The translations under genes were made by a program, and so were the position numbers. Below the pieces are notes generated by a model. That model ran no database searches. It had not been told where the DNA came from and worked only from the letters and a program-made list of their open reading frames with translations. DNA of 64,000 nt from a virus. Shown here in pieces: positions 42,002 through 51,472 of this stretch. Each line of letters begins with the position of its first letter. Within the stretch, counting starts at the first letter, position 1. The stretch lies in IMG/VR virus record IMGVR_UViG_3300042553_000685. One strand, written 5' to 3'.

Positions 42002-43153
42002 ATGATTAACATGAAGGCTCACACCGTATATATGGTCGTGAGGCCATATTCACAAAAGAAGAAGATATTAATGAGGGCCGCTCAGGAAGTAGGGGCCCTT
42101 TATGTAGAGAGCCCTCATCTACTAGAGAATACGATATCGTATCCTAGCTCTCTCTCAGCGCACCACGTGCTAGTAGAAATTAAGAATCAAGAAGAGGCCG
42201 ATCAGGTTATAATGATGGCGGGCTGCCATCACTACGGCGTAGGAGAAATACTATTCAATGCCGAGAGCAGCGTAGGAGCTGAGCTCAGTCATCTTATAGA
42301 ACGGCAGGAAGATATAGCGCTTAGTGTAGAGCAAGTGCCTCACTACACTATGAATGATGAGGCCCTAGTAGTAGGGGATATTCATGGTTGTTACGGCCAT
42401 CTGCGTGCGCTACTTAGAAAGGCGGGCTTCTTATTTGCAGGGGATGAGATTACTCATTACCCCATGCAATTAGTGCTCAATGGAGACCTAGTGAATAAGG
42501 GCCCCAGCTCTGCTGACGTTATTAGATTCGTGTACTCTAACCTAGGTCACCCTGACTTCAAGGTCGTACTAGGTAATCACGAGCTCTATATTATGCAGCA
42601 CATAGATGATGAGAAGCCTATTAGTCGCTACTTCGATTATCTCACTACAGTTAATAGTAATCGCATGCAGCGTAATATGTTCACTGAGATATATAGGAAG
42701 AGTGTGCCCTACCTCGTATCCCATAGTCGTACCTCTGCTGTTCACCACTCTCCTTGCGACTATAAGTATGTAGGTAAGTCTGACCCTATCTCTATACAGA
42801 AGCAGATTCACCTACCCAGTATTCGAGGTCAGGCCAATAAGCAGAATACCAGCGTAGATGAAATACTATATCCGTACTTCAATGGCCAGCCGAACTGGCC
42901 ATTAGTTGTTAATGGTCATGTCACTACTAAGCACCCGCTACTAATTAATAACCGCGCTATGATTGATACAGGCGCCTTCCTAGGCTGTTATCTAACAGCA
43001 GCTCATGTCATGGGCTCTACCTGTCAATTCATATCCACAGAGAATGTGAACTCCGCGCGTAATACTATGCGCCTTAATCCCATTGCGTCTGCAATACAGG
43101 ATGCAAGTAGCGTTAGAAGAAACGTGCCTCATTTGGTTAAGGCTTCAGCCTAG
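42002..43153 (+). CDS. PPP-family (calcineurin-like, lambda-phosphatase/ApaH-like) metallophosphatase with extra N-terminal domain (383 aa)
   Basis: VVGDIHGCYGHL (GDxHG), LNGDLVNKGP (GDxVxRG-like), VLGNHELY (GNHE). Confidence 0.8.
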   Translation: MINMKAHTVYMVVRPYSQKKKILMRAAQEVGALYVESPHLLENTISYPSSLSAHHVLVEIKNQEEADQVIMMAGCHHYGVGEILFNAESSVGAELSHLIERQEDIALSVEQVPHYTMNDEALVVGDIHGCYGHLRALLRKAGFLFAGDEITHYPMQLVLNGDLVNKGPSSADVIRFVYSNLGHPDFKVVLGNHELYIMQHIDDEKPISRYFDYLTTVNSNRMQRNMFTEIYRKSVPYLVSHSRTSAVHHSPCDYKYVGKSDPISIQKQIHLPSIRGQANKQNTSVDEILYPYFNGQPNWPLVVNGHVTTKHPLLINNRAMIDTGAFLGCYLTAAHVMGSTCQFISTENVNSARNTMRLNPIASAIQDASSVRRNVPHLVKASA

Positions 43154-43171
43154 TCGCGTACGTTGTTACCG

Positions 43172-43198
43172 ATAACCCCGCACGGAACGCGGGGTTAT
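43172..43198 (+). terminator. hairpin terminator after phosphatase gene
   Basis: ATAACCCCGC / GCGGGGTTAT 10-bp stem, 7-nt loop. Confidence 0.55.
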
Positions 43199-43312
43199 TA
43201 ACTTATTGTGCAACATTTAACCTTCTTAAACTTATCCATTACCGAGTAAATATATATTAGGTATGGCATCACCAGTAATGGTGAAGGCCATTGCCTGCAA
43301 AGCACAAAGCAT

Positions 43313-43498
43313 ATGAATAATCAAACACCTATCGAGAGTTTCTCTTTAGCGAATATTAAATTTGACTATAATGCAGAACCAATCTGGGAATTAGCGGCTC
43401 GACTTTCTGCTAAAATTCCCAATGAAGAATGGGCAAAACTACCAAAAGATTTAGCCCAAAACTTTGATCATTATCAACAACAACAGGATCAAAAATGA
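43313..43498 (+). CDS. hypothetical protein (61 aa)
   Basis: ORF track; ATGA overlap with downstream antirepressor gene. Confidence 0.5.
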   Translation: MNNQTPIESFSLANIKFDYNAEPIWELAARLSAKIPNEEWAKLPKDLAQNFDHYQQQQDQK

Positions 43499-44307
43499 GA
43501 TGCACCCAGACTCAATTATCTACCTTTAACTTTAACAACCAAGAAATCCGCGTTATAATCATTGATAATGAGCCTTGGTTTATAGCAGCCGACGTTTGCG
43601 CTGTTCTCGAACACACTAATACGTCAGTAGCTCTACTTCGGTTAAAGGTGTATGAAAAACAATTAGTTGACCCTAAACAATACTTAGGGTCAGTCTCAAA
43701 TCAATATATATCAGCCATTTCAGAATCTGGCTTATATAGATTAGTACTCAGCAGCCGCAAACCACAGGCAGAGTTATTTCAAGACTGGGTAGTACAAGAA
43801 GTACTACCTACCATTCGCAAGACTGGCCGCTATTCTGTTAGTGATTTCAAGATACCTACTACTTATGGTGAGGCCTTACTCGAAGCGGGGCGCCTGGCCT
43901 TAGAATTAGAACAAACTAATGCCACCTTAGAACAAGTTAATGCTACCTTAGAAGAACAAGCCCCACTAATTAAATTAGCAGAGACGTTGACAGTCAAAGA
44001 CGTTGATGCTGTCCTAATAGGAGATTTGGCTAAAGCTTATGGTGTAGGTCGTACAACGTTCTTCGATATGTTGCGTGACATTCGCTTTATTATGATGATG
44101 CCAAGTCGGCTACCCTATCAGCGACATGTATTAGCTGCCAGAGCAGAGGTGTTCCGCAAAGAGCGCCTCCATCAACCTGGTATCTTTGATAGCGTTACTG
44201 TTATAACGGCTAAAGGTCAGTTATACATAGCGAAGAAGTTAAAGCAACTAGAATGTGCTAAGTTAGTAGAATCGCAACTAGAAGCCGCGTACGAGCTTGT
44301 AGAATAA
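43495..44307 (+). CDS. phage antirepressor (Bro-N domain + KilAC-like C-terminal domain)
   Basis: FNFNNQEIRVIIIDNEPWFIAADVCAVLEH, SESGLYRLVLSSRKPQAELFQDWVVQEVLPTIRKTGRY (Bro-N); C-terminal LAKAYGVGRTTFFDMLRD. Confidence 0.8.
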   Translation: MRCTQTQLSTFNFNNQEIRVIIIDNEPWFIAADVCAVLEHTNTSVALLRLKVYEKQLVDPKQYLGSVSNQYISAISESGLYRLVLSSRKPQAELFQDWVVQEVLPTIRKTGRYSVSDFKIPTTYGEALLEAGRLALELEQTNATLEQVNATLEEQAPLIKLAETLTVKDVDAVLIGDLAKAYGVGRTTFFDMLRDIRFIMMMPSRLPYQRHVLAARAEVFRKERLHQPGIFDSVTVITAKGQLYIAKKLKQLECAKLVESQLEAAYELVE

Positions 44308-44338
44308 TACTGTTCTCGTAAACCACAATTACAACTTA

Positions 44339-44641
44339 TTGACTATGACTATTATGAAACTCATTAATTATCTATTGGAAAAACTCGGCAAGGTACAGTT
44401 CCGTACACTGCTTGTAGCTATCGGCTTATTATTGGCCTATAGTCTGGCGGTTATTATTGGTCGTCTTGTTTACGCAGCGGGGGTGTTGGGCCTCGGCGAT
44501 GTGCTCTGTATGTTGGGCCTCTATCACGCGTGGCGGGCTATCGCAGACCTCGTACCATCAGTTACTCAATTATTAGTTAGTCCACCGACTAATCCACCGA
44601 CTTCTATTAATCTCGAAACTGAAGGACTAGGCAATAAGTAA
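44339..44641 (+). CDS. small membrane protein (about 95-100 aa; start among TTG 44339, ATG 44345, ATG 44354)
   Basis: ORF track; two hydrophobic segments. Confidence 0.5.
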   Translation: MTMTIMKLINYLLEKLGKVQFRTLLVAIGLLLAYSLAVIIGRLVYAAGVLGLGDVLCMLGLYHAWRAIADLVPSVTQLLVSPPTNPPTSINLETEGLGNK

Positions 44642-44754
44642 CAACTGGTCCAGCACCTAATTAAGAGCACCGTAAGCCTAGTTAGGAAATCGCCCACATA
44701 ATGCCATGCTCACGGCCATAGTAATTTACTTAGGTAGGAGAGCATAATTATTTG

Positions 44755-44854
44755 TAGGATAGGTTAGCGGTAGCGTAACCCACACGAGTGTTGGGCTTCA
44801 TGCCTCAACCGTTCGGCTGAGGTCACGGTTGAAGCCCAACCTATGTTTATCCTA
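44755..44854 (+). ncRNA. ~100-nt extended imperfect hairpin (ncRNA or regulatory element candidate)
   Basis: Nested stems: TAGGAT/ATCCTA, ATAGGTT/AACCTAT, GTTGGGCTTCA (44790-44800)/TGAAGCCCAAC (44830-44840), GCCTCA/TGAGGT. Confidence 0.3.
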
Positions 44855-44898
44855 TATTTAATTCTGGCTACCTAATTAATCACATTAAGTAAATAAGT

Positions 44899-45060
44899 AT
44901 GGCTAAGTTCAATTCAGATACAGCGTCTAGTATGGGGCGCCGCGGTGGTGAGAAGACAGCTCAGAATAAAGAGCACATGAGAGAGATAGGTCGTCGGGGC
45001 GGACTGAAGGCCCAACAGCGGCTCGCTGAGAAGAAACAGCAGCGTCCATTAGATGACTAG
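44899..45060 (+). CDS. 53-aa KGG-repeat-like small protein (general-stress-protein-like)
   Basis: Hand translation MAKFNSDTASSMGRRGGEKTAQNKEHMREIGRRGGLKAQQRLAEKKQQRPLDD; two RRGG(E/L)K units resemble KGG stress-protein repeats. Confidence 0.45.
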   Translation: MAKFNSDTASSMGRRGGEKTAQNKEHMREIGRRGGLKAQQRLAEKKQQRPLDD

Positions 45061-45732
45061 TAGATTATAGGTCACTATATTAACTATATCATTCACCTGC
45101 GTGGTATCCATAGCTGTACCCCCCTCCCCTATGAAGTGGACGCTAATGAGAGCTATAGGGCTATCATCATCCAATAATAGTTGCTGATATAAATGTCGCA
45201 CTCCTATTATATCTAGATGAGCCCGCTGCTTAAAGCTAAGTAGTATAGAGTTAGCATCAGTCTTCATAAAGGATCGGGTACTAGCGTGTTGCACTAAAGT
45301 AGGTAGGTCATAGCAATGGTCGCTAATTAATACCTGTCTATAGAGATTAGCTATACTGCTAATCCCGGGGGCCAGACTCTCATGAGTACACGTCATCTTG
45401 AGGAACTTAAGACCAGATATACTGCGACCAGGATTATGGAACTGGTGGAGTAAGACTCTATCGGCCGCCGTTGTAATCCGTATCTGGTTGAGTAGATCAA
45501 GGATATAAATGTCTTTATCTATAGTGCTAACATGGCGTATCAGATCTTGTATAGCGTACCTGCGCTCTATCTGATTGCGGAATATCCATCGCCCAATAAA
45601 GATTATAATAAATAGAGTCAGACTAAACGTGTTCTGCCATAGGAAATCAGTGACCTGCGGTAGAGCTTCCTTAACCAGAGTGTGCGGAGCTAAATGAATA
45701 GTGTAGGCCTTATCATTCTGTGGTACATTCAT
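45049..45732 (-). CDS. membrane-anchored hypothetical protein (227 aa), possibly GAF-like
   Basis: ORF track; one TM (FSLTLFIIIFIGRWIF); cytoplasmic part with DRVLLHQF; weak. Confidence 0.5.
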   Translation of the reverse strand: MNVPQNDKAYTIHLAPHTLVKEALPQVTDFLWQNTFSLTLFIIIFIGRWIFRNQIERRYAIQDLIRHVSTIDKDIYILDLLNQIRITTAADRVLLHQFHNPGRSISGLKFLKMTCTHESLAPGISSIANLYRQVLISDHCYDLPTLVQHASTRSFMKTDANSILLSFKQRAHLDIIGVRHLYQQLLLDDDSPIALISVHFIGEGGTAMDTTQVNDIVNIVTYNLLVI

Positions 45733-45824
45733 GTTTGATGGGGCATTCCTCAGGCCTTTAAGTACATCCTTAAGTTAGTGTTTAGGTGCTTCTAGTTTTA
45801 TATTTATTCACGAGGACTTTGTAG

Positions 45825-47300
45825 GTGAATTATAATTATGATAGTCAATTAGGGCTTGCCTGTATTACTGATACTGAGCGCAATATTAAGGTATTCTGTC
45901 CTGTGGCCCGCCCAGGGCAGAGGTATGAGGCCACTATAGCCTATACTATGGCACGATATTCTCGCAGTGCTGAGTCAGTAGAGAATCTACTCAATGAGGC
46001 GCGGGGAGTAGATGCAGATAAACGTCTTCATAATATATTCTATAATTATGGTCACGGTAGTGTACAGGGCCTGGCCATGTTATCAGTGTGCTTTGAAGGT
46101 ATTCCCCTATGGTTTGCCTTCTATCTGTTCAATACTATGCCTCTAGGAGCAGGGCAGGAACGCAGTACTCGTTATCAGAAGATGGGCGATTACTATAGAG
46201 TCGGTAATGAGTCCTATGACGAGTCAATGGAATATCTATTCAGTGCATATGAGGAACTCTATGAGCCCACTCGAGAGGTATTGGCCCGCGCTTACGACGT
46301 AGACATGAGCGATAAACGCCAGGTACAGGCGCTGGATGCCCGTACGCTGGACTGTACGCGTTATCTATTACCTATGGGAGCCCGCACTAGTCTGGGTATC
46401 ACATCGGATGCCGAGACGTGGAGTCGATTCATCAGTGACCTACTGAGTAATCAAATTAACTCGGGGCCCGATGAGTTATACAGTGCCATTGGGCACATGC
46501 TGAAGCAACTACTGGGTGGTTGTCCTGAGCTAGAGGCCCAGGGCTACGTAGCAGGTGCCCCTGGGCTCATACGTCATGCAGAGGCACGGCATGACCTAAG
46601 CGTTAGTCTAGGTAACATGGCGCGGGCAGCTCAGTCATCTCTCACTGTTAATATGAGAGATGAATATTATCGCTCAAAGCTAGTAATTGTACAGGAGCAA
46701 GACCGCGATATCGTTGGTAACCTCGCCCTATTACTTCAGAATGATGTGTACCGGCCAGCCCTAGTCCTATCTACTGGTAGAAGACTATTAGCTACGCTGC
46801 AAGAGGAGTTGACTACGTGGCGGCATTACGATAGACTACCTACTCAGTTCAATGCCCCGCATATGTACATGAGTGGTTATATGGATGTAGGTGCGGCCCG
46901 CGACTTCAATCGCCATCGCAGTATATGGCGGTACTTTCCTGCTCTAACTAATGTAGAGCTATTACGGGGAGATACTGGTTATACTCTACCACTCTATGTA
47001 GAGCACCTCCCTATAGCTGAGCGTTATAGAGAGGTGCTGGATAAGTATTACGAGACACTAGGCGGCCCTGCTATACAGTACCGTATACCACTAGCCCATA
47101 ATATACGATACTGTATAGGTGGCACACATAAGCATATGGCCTATGTGTGCCAGCTTCGCTCTCGAGTAGGGGGGCATATTAACTATCGTGTGATAGCTAA
47201 TGAGTGGGCCAATAGTATAGCTGAGGTTAATCCACTATTCGACCTTACTCACATCATACGTGTAGTCGAGAATGGCCGAGATGAGTTCCTGAGTCGTTAG
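45825..47300 (+). CDS. thyX: ThyX-like (flavin-dependent thymidylate synthase family) protein, unusually long and degenerate (491 aa, GTG start)
   Basis: TMARYSRS, YGHGSVQGLAML..FEGIP, GQERSTRYQK (S.RY) in the N-terminal half and NRHRSIWRY (RHR) in the C-terminal half. Confidence 0.55.
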   Translation: MNYNYDSQLGLACITDTERNIKVFCPVARPGQRYEATIAYTMARYSRSAESVENLLNEARGVDADKRLHNIFYNYGHGSVQGLAMLSVCFEGIPLWFAFYLFNTMPLGAGQERSTRYQKMGDYYRVGNESYDESMEYLFSAYEELYEPTREVLARAYDVDMSDKRQVQALDARTLDCTRYLLPMGARTSLGITSDAETWSRFISDLLSNQINSGPDELYSAIGHMLKQLLGGCPELEAQGYVAGAPGLIRHAEARHDLSVSLGNMARAAQSSLTVNMRDEYYRSKLVIVQEQDRDIVGNLALLLQNDVYRPALVLSTGRRLLATLQEELTTWRHYDRLPTQFNAPHMYMSGYMDVGAARDFNRHRSIWRYFPALTNVELLRGDTGYTLPLYVEHLPIAERYREVLDKYYETLGGPAIQYRIPLAHNIRYCIGGTHKHMAYVCQLRSRVGGHINYRVIANEWANSIAEVNPLFDLTHIIRVVENGRDEFLSR

Positions 47301-48208
47301 GCCGCGCGTATTATGAATGAGTAGTTGATGCCGATATTAGGCCATATCCAGGATGTTAAATCAGGGACGCTGAAGAGAGTAGTATCAGGACAAAAATCCC
47401 CCCTAGTACCTGTCAACGAGAATAGCAATGGGTATTGCGTCTTGCTGATACACCGCCCATCGCATGGTATCCAATTAGTAGGGTAGCTAGGGACGGGTGA
47501 TTGCATAACAGGCCATATGATTATAGAACCTATTGCAAGGCCCGCCTGGCTGAAGCTATCCGCTATTTTCTGATTAACCCAGTCTACTCGAGCTATACTG
47601 TCATTAGTAGTGGGCGATACAGTACGGGGGTTACCCGTTAGGAAAGGACTATCTATATTAGCCTTAGTGTTCGATAGATTAGTTACTTGTGTCTGTAGAC
47701 TACCTACAGTATTCTGTAATGCTACTATCTTGGGTATCTCTAGATTGAGCTTGTCATTTAAAGCGCTGACTGTGGCATTGATGGTGGCTATCTGAGCAGT
47801 TAGTTGATTACTCAATGTAGTAAATTGAGACTGTAGACCACTGATGGCAGTTGTGTTAGTATCGCAGCATGTCTGTAGGTTCTTAATTATAGTTAGCTCA
47901 CCTACGACAGCAGCTAGGTTATTAATTAGATCATTGACTAACTGCTGTATGTTCTCAATGATCCGCCGTAGCTCACCGTCACCGAATAGATCGTCGCGTA
48001 ATTCCTCTAGTTCATTCTCTAGAGTGGCTATATCAGCCAGCATGTCGGCAATAAACGCAAACGCCCGCACTGTGTCAGATAGATCGTATATAGTATTGGC
48101 GGCCTGTGTTCCCGTATGATTGGCGCGATTAGCAGCCTCTAGAAAGTTATTGTCGAGTTCAGCACAAGTAAGAGGACTTCCCTTACTCACCGATAGTATA
48201 ATTGGCAT
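47297..48208 (-). CDS. tail-fibre protein with coiled-coil shaft and C-terminal phage tail-collar domain (303 aa)
   Basis: Long heptad-rich middle; C-terminal IIWPVMQSPVPSYPTNWIPCDGRCISKTQYPLLFSLTG...FSVPDL matches Phage_Tail_Collar. Confidence 0.75.
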   Translation of the reverse strand: MPIILSVSKGSPLTCAELDNNFLEAANRANHTGTQAANTIYDLSDTVRAFAFIADMLADIATLENELEELRDDLFGDGELRRIIENIQQLVNDLINNLAAVVGELTIIKNLQTCCDTNTTAISGLQSQFTTLSNQLTAQIATINATVSALNDKLNLEIPKIVALQNTVGSLQTQVTNLSNTKANIDSPFLTGNPRTVSPTTNDSIARVDWVNQKIADSFSQAGLAIGSIIIWPVMQSPVPSYPTNWIPCDGRCISKTQYPLLFSLTGTRGDFCPDTTLFSVPDLTSWIWPNIGINYSFIIRAA

Positions 48209-48283
48209 AGAATTGTAGCTAGTGGTTAATTTGGTTATACTATCGGTGTATGGCGTTCTGTAAGCATTAGAAAGGAGATATCA

Positions 48284-48508
48284 GTGAGTAGCGAAATGTG
48301 GCATATGGATATAGCAAATCCCTATCAGGTGCCAATTACTATATATAGTGATTGGCACCACCTAAATGATATAGTCCTTAGGCCTAATAGTGGTCTAAGG
48401 ACTAGCTACGAGATAGAGGATGGATACGAGTTATATATTAGTCGGCTCTATCGAGTTAAGCCTAATGAGGCGCCTAGATTGTACGTTGGATACCGCATAA
48501 AGGATTAA
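48284..48508 (+). CDS. hypothetical protein (74 aa, GTG start)
   Basis: ORF track; AAGGAG RBS. Confidence 0.45.
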   Translation: MSSEMWHMDIANPYQVPITIYSDWHHLNDIVLRPNSGLRTSYEIEDGYELYISRLYRVKPNEAPRLYVGYRIKD

Positions 48509-48512
48509 ATTA

Positions 48513-48872
48513 ATGCATTATACAGTTGAATTTAGTGGTACACGTGGTAGATTGTATACACAGCTCTCTGCTAGTTACACATTTGCAGATACCACGCTGC
48601 CCCGCACCATTACTCTAACCCTAAGCCCCGGCGCAGAAGTATCGATTGATCTAATCGATATTACTGCGCTACAGGTAATAGGTCTCTCGTGTGAGACAGG
48701 TTCTGTTAACCTCAGTGTTATCAATAATGGTAGCTCTATTATTAATCTACCAAAAGTAGTAGCTGGCTCCTATCACTTTAATAATGTAAACATAGTCGAT
48801 GCTAAGATAGAATTAGAAGCCGTAGGCACTGCGCCCGTACCGCTACAGTTAGTATACGCCGGCGTGGCATGA
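48513..48872 (+). CDS. hypothetical protein (119 aa)
   Basis: ORF track. Confidence 0.5.
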   Translation: MHYTVEFSGTRGRLYTQLSASYTFADTTLPRTITLTLSPGAEVSIDLIDITALQVIGLSCETGSVNLSVINNGSSIINLPKVVAGSYHFNNVNIVDAKIELEAVGTAPVPLQLVYAGVA

Positions 48873-49447
48873 CCTGTCCACTAAAGTGGCAGCAGGCCTG
48901 CCGTAATCTGGATATAGCATGTCATAAATGTAGAGCTGAGATAGGAGAGGGTGAGCTGGCCTATTTACCACTGGCTGGTAGCCCCTCTATTAAGAGTCAC
49001 CCCGCATATGAGAAGCCCCCTCCGCCCCCTCGCAAGCAGACTAACACTGCATCGCAGCAGACTAACACTGCATCGAAGATAGGACGCGCTACTGAAAGAC
49101 GCGTATTACGGAATCTAGGTGCAAGAACAACAGTGGCCAGTGGAGCCATCTTCGGAGACGGGGATGGCTCTATTGTTATAGATGGGGAGACCTGGCGTAT
49201 AGAACATAAGACACGGGTGGCCCGGCGTAATACACTAGGCCCTACTGAAGATGAGTGGGCTACTGCTCAGGCGCAGGGGTGCCGCCTATTCATCACTACT
49301 CATAATAATCGAAGTGTCGTTACCATGGATATAGCTGATCTCAAGAGCCTAGTCGTATTGCCACCCGAGTTTACGGAGGGCGTTAACGAAGAAGCGGGGG
49401 GCCCAGCTCACTCGAGCGATGCCGAAGTCGCGGGGCAGCTCGAGTAG
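48869..49447 (+). CDS. zinc-finger + Hjc/PD-(D/E)xK-like nuclease (Holliday-junction-resolvase-like) candidate (192 aa)
   Basis: N-terminal CRNLDIACHKC; C-terminal GRATERRVLRNLGARTTVASGAIFGDGDG...WRIEHK resembles archaeal Hjc-type G..ER.....G......SG...D....E.K. Confidence 0.5.
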   Translation: MTCPLKWQQACRNLDIACHKCRAEIGEGELAYLPLAGSPSIKSHPAYEKPPPPPRKQTNTASQQTNTASKIGRATERRVLRNLGARTTVASGAIFGDGDGSIVIDGETWRIEHKTRVARRNTLGPTEDEWATAQAQGCRLFITTHNNRSVVTMDIADLKSLVVLPPEFTEGVNEEAGGPAHSSDAEVAGQLE

Positions 49448-49639
49448 CACATTCACTGCCTCCACCTGTAGACCGAGTGTAGCGAAGGTGCGTTCGATGC
49501 TCAACTTAACAATACTTACAAAGTACGCGATGGGGTTCTTAACGAGGCGCCCTTGCCGGTTGAATGGAATAGTCTTACCATGGAGAACACGGCTACCGCA
49601 CTCACTACGGATTGCCTGAGCCACAAGGCAATTCTCCAT
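49349..49639 (-). pseudogene. possible decayed tyrosine-recombinase C-terminal fragment (very tentative)
   Basis: HGKTIPFNRQ and SIERTFATLGLQVEAVNVLLELPRDFGIARV loosely parallel K..R.vPl and hxLRHTFAT.L...G......LLGH....T..Y, but the catalytic positions are substituted. Overlaps the 3' end of the plus-strand gene. Confidence 0.2.
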
Positions 49640-49737
49640 CGGCGAGACTCATTCCTAGTAGTCTTTTTTCTACTTAAACATCCCCAAAAGTCGCTAAGTG
49701 TGTTACACTATAGTCAGATACAAACTTTTAACCACAA

Positions 49738-50364
49738 ATGAAGTATGTCACGCCGAAAGAGGCCGCCCAAAACCTCGGGGTCAGCGTCTCCTCCCTCAGA
49801 AGGTGGGAAGCTGAAGGAAAAGTCAAAAGCATCCGAACACCCGGAGGGCAACGCCGTTACTGCATTGAAGAGTACGAGTCGGAAGGTAAGTCCATTGTCT
49901 GTTACGCAAGGGTTTCCACCCACGGACAAAAAGACGACCTCGAAAGACAAGCTGAATTTCTACGCTCAAAGTATCCTCGGGCTGAAATTATCACAGAAAT
50001 TGGAAGCGGACTCAATTTTAAACGGAAGCGGTTCCTCTCTATTTTGGAGCGAATATATCAAAGAGATGTCGGCTTGCTTGCCGTTGCCTACCCTGACAGA
50101 CTCGCTCGATTTGGGTTCCCACTTATTGAGTGGATTTGTCAGCAGAGTGAGTGCAAACTCGTGGTTCTCAATGAATCTAAACTCTCTCCCCACGAAGAAC
50201 TCGTTCAAGATATTCTGTCCATCCTCCACTGTTTCTCTACTAGGCTTTACGGATTGCGAAAATACCAAAAGCAAACCGAAAAAGCCCTTCAAGAAGAATC
50301 CCCGCAACAAGTCGAAGAAGGAAAAACCCAACAGTGTCTTGAAGATCAGGGTCTTTCCATCTAG
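49738..50364 (+). CDS. tnpA: IS607-type TnpA (HTH + serine recombinase)
   Basis: VTPKEAAQNLGVSVSSLRRWEAEGKV and CYARVSTHGQKDDLERQ. Confidence 0.9.
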   Translation: MKYVTPKEAAQNLGVSVSSLRRWEAEGKVKSIRTPGGQRRYCIEEYESEGKSIVCYARVSTHGQKDDLERQAEFLRSKYPRAEIITEIGSGLNFKRKRFLSILERIYQRDVGLLAVAYPDRLARFGFPLIEWICQQSECKLVVLNESKLSPHEELVQDILSILHCFSTRLYGLRKYQKQTEKALQEESPQQVEEGKTQQCLEDQGLSI

Positions 50365-51472
50365 GGAGTTGCATCAAGTCTGGAAACAATGGTTGGCAGC
50401 TTATCGATGGATCTACAACCAAACGATTAATTTACTTTGCCAAGGTGCCAAACCTAATATCTATGATATGCAAGCCGAGCTTCGGGATTTAGCCAAGCCC
50501 GAATGGGTTAAAACCTTACCCGGACACCAGTTACAAGAAGCCGTTGCGGATGCTTGTGACGCGCATCGACAGGCTATTGCTAACAAGGGTTCCGCTCACT
50601 TAAAGTCATGCCGAGCAACGTCGCAAGTCATCAAATTCAAGGCGGGAAATTTCAAAAAGGGGACGTGGTATCCTTTACTTACCAAAGGATTATTTTTTAC
50701 GTCCCCCCAAGAAATTCCTTCTCATTGCGATTATGGCACTCAGTTGGTTTACACTCGGCGGCAATGGTTTGCCTGCTTTCCTGTGTTAAAACCAATTGAG
50801 TTGACCAGTGAAAATCGAGTTATTGCTCTAGACCCAGGAGTAAGAACCTTTTTAACTGGTTATGACGGAGAAACTGTTTTAGAAGTTGGCGGGAAAGACA
50901 TCGGAGCAATACATCGTCTTTGCCTGCATCTCGACCAACTCTGCTCTCGGATTAGCACGTCTAAATCAAAACGTCAGCGTTACAAAATGCGTCGGGCCGC
51001 TAGTCAGCTTCGGGGTCGGATTAAAAACTTAATCAAAGACCTTCACGCTAAAACTGCGTCGTTTTTGGTTCAGCATTACAAGCTTATCTTTTTGCCCACT
51101 TTTGAGACGGGCCAAATGGTCTCAAAATCCACCCGGAAGCTCAACAAGAAGTCGGCACGGAATCTCCTAACATGGAGTCACTACCGATTCGCTCAACACT
51201 TACAGCAAACAGCAGATAGGCATGGTGTTTTAGTGATTCGTTGCAACGAGTCCTATACATCCAAAACCTGTCCCGAGTGCGGGCATATTCACGAAAAACT
51301 GGGTGGTTCCAAGGTCTTTAAGTGTCCTCATTGTGGATATCAAGCGCCACGAGATTGGCACGGCGCACGAAATATTATGTTTCGTGCTTTGCAGGCAACA
51401 GCCGTTATCTTTCGAGATGATGCCGTACTTTTTCAAGGTTTGAGTAGCGATACTCAACTTTGTTTAGGTTAA
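50339..51472 (+). CDS. tnpB: TnpB (start uncertain, proposed TTG at 50339)
   Basis: LKIRVFPSRELHQVWKQWLAAYRWIYNQ, ALDPGVRTFLTG, IFLPTFETGQM, CPECGHIHEKLGGSKVFKCPHCGYQAPRDWHGARNI; the track ORF from 49745 is an out-of-frame read-through of tnpA. Confidence 0.8.
   Translation: MKIRVFPSRELHQVWKQWLAAYRWIYNQTINLLCQGAKPNIYDMQAELRDLAKPEWVKTLPGHQLQEAVADACDAHRQAIANKGSAHLKSCRATSQVIKFKAGNFKKGTWYPLLTKGLFFTSPQEIPSHCDYGTQLVYTRRQWFACFPVLKPIELTSENRVIALDPGVRTFLTGYDGETVLEVGGKDIGAIHRLCLHLDQLCSRISTSKSKRQRYKMRRAASQLRGRIKNLIKDLHAKTASFLVQHYKLIFLPTFETGQMVSKSTRKLNKKSARNLLTWSHYRFAQHLQQTADRHGVLVIRCNESYTSKTCPECGHIHEKLGGSKVFKCPHCGYQAPRDWHGARNIMFRALQATAVIFRDDAVLFQGLSSDTQLCLG

Noticed and set aside
49745-51472. A 575-aa ORF in the track that runs through the whole tnpA gene in another frame and into tnpB
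   Set aside because: The first ~200 codons are low-complexity and overlap the well-supported serine-recombinase frame. TnpB homology begins only near 50339 (LKIRVFPSRELHQ). I treat the upstream part as a chance open frame and propose a TTG start.
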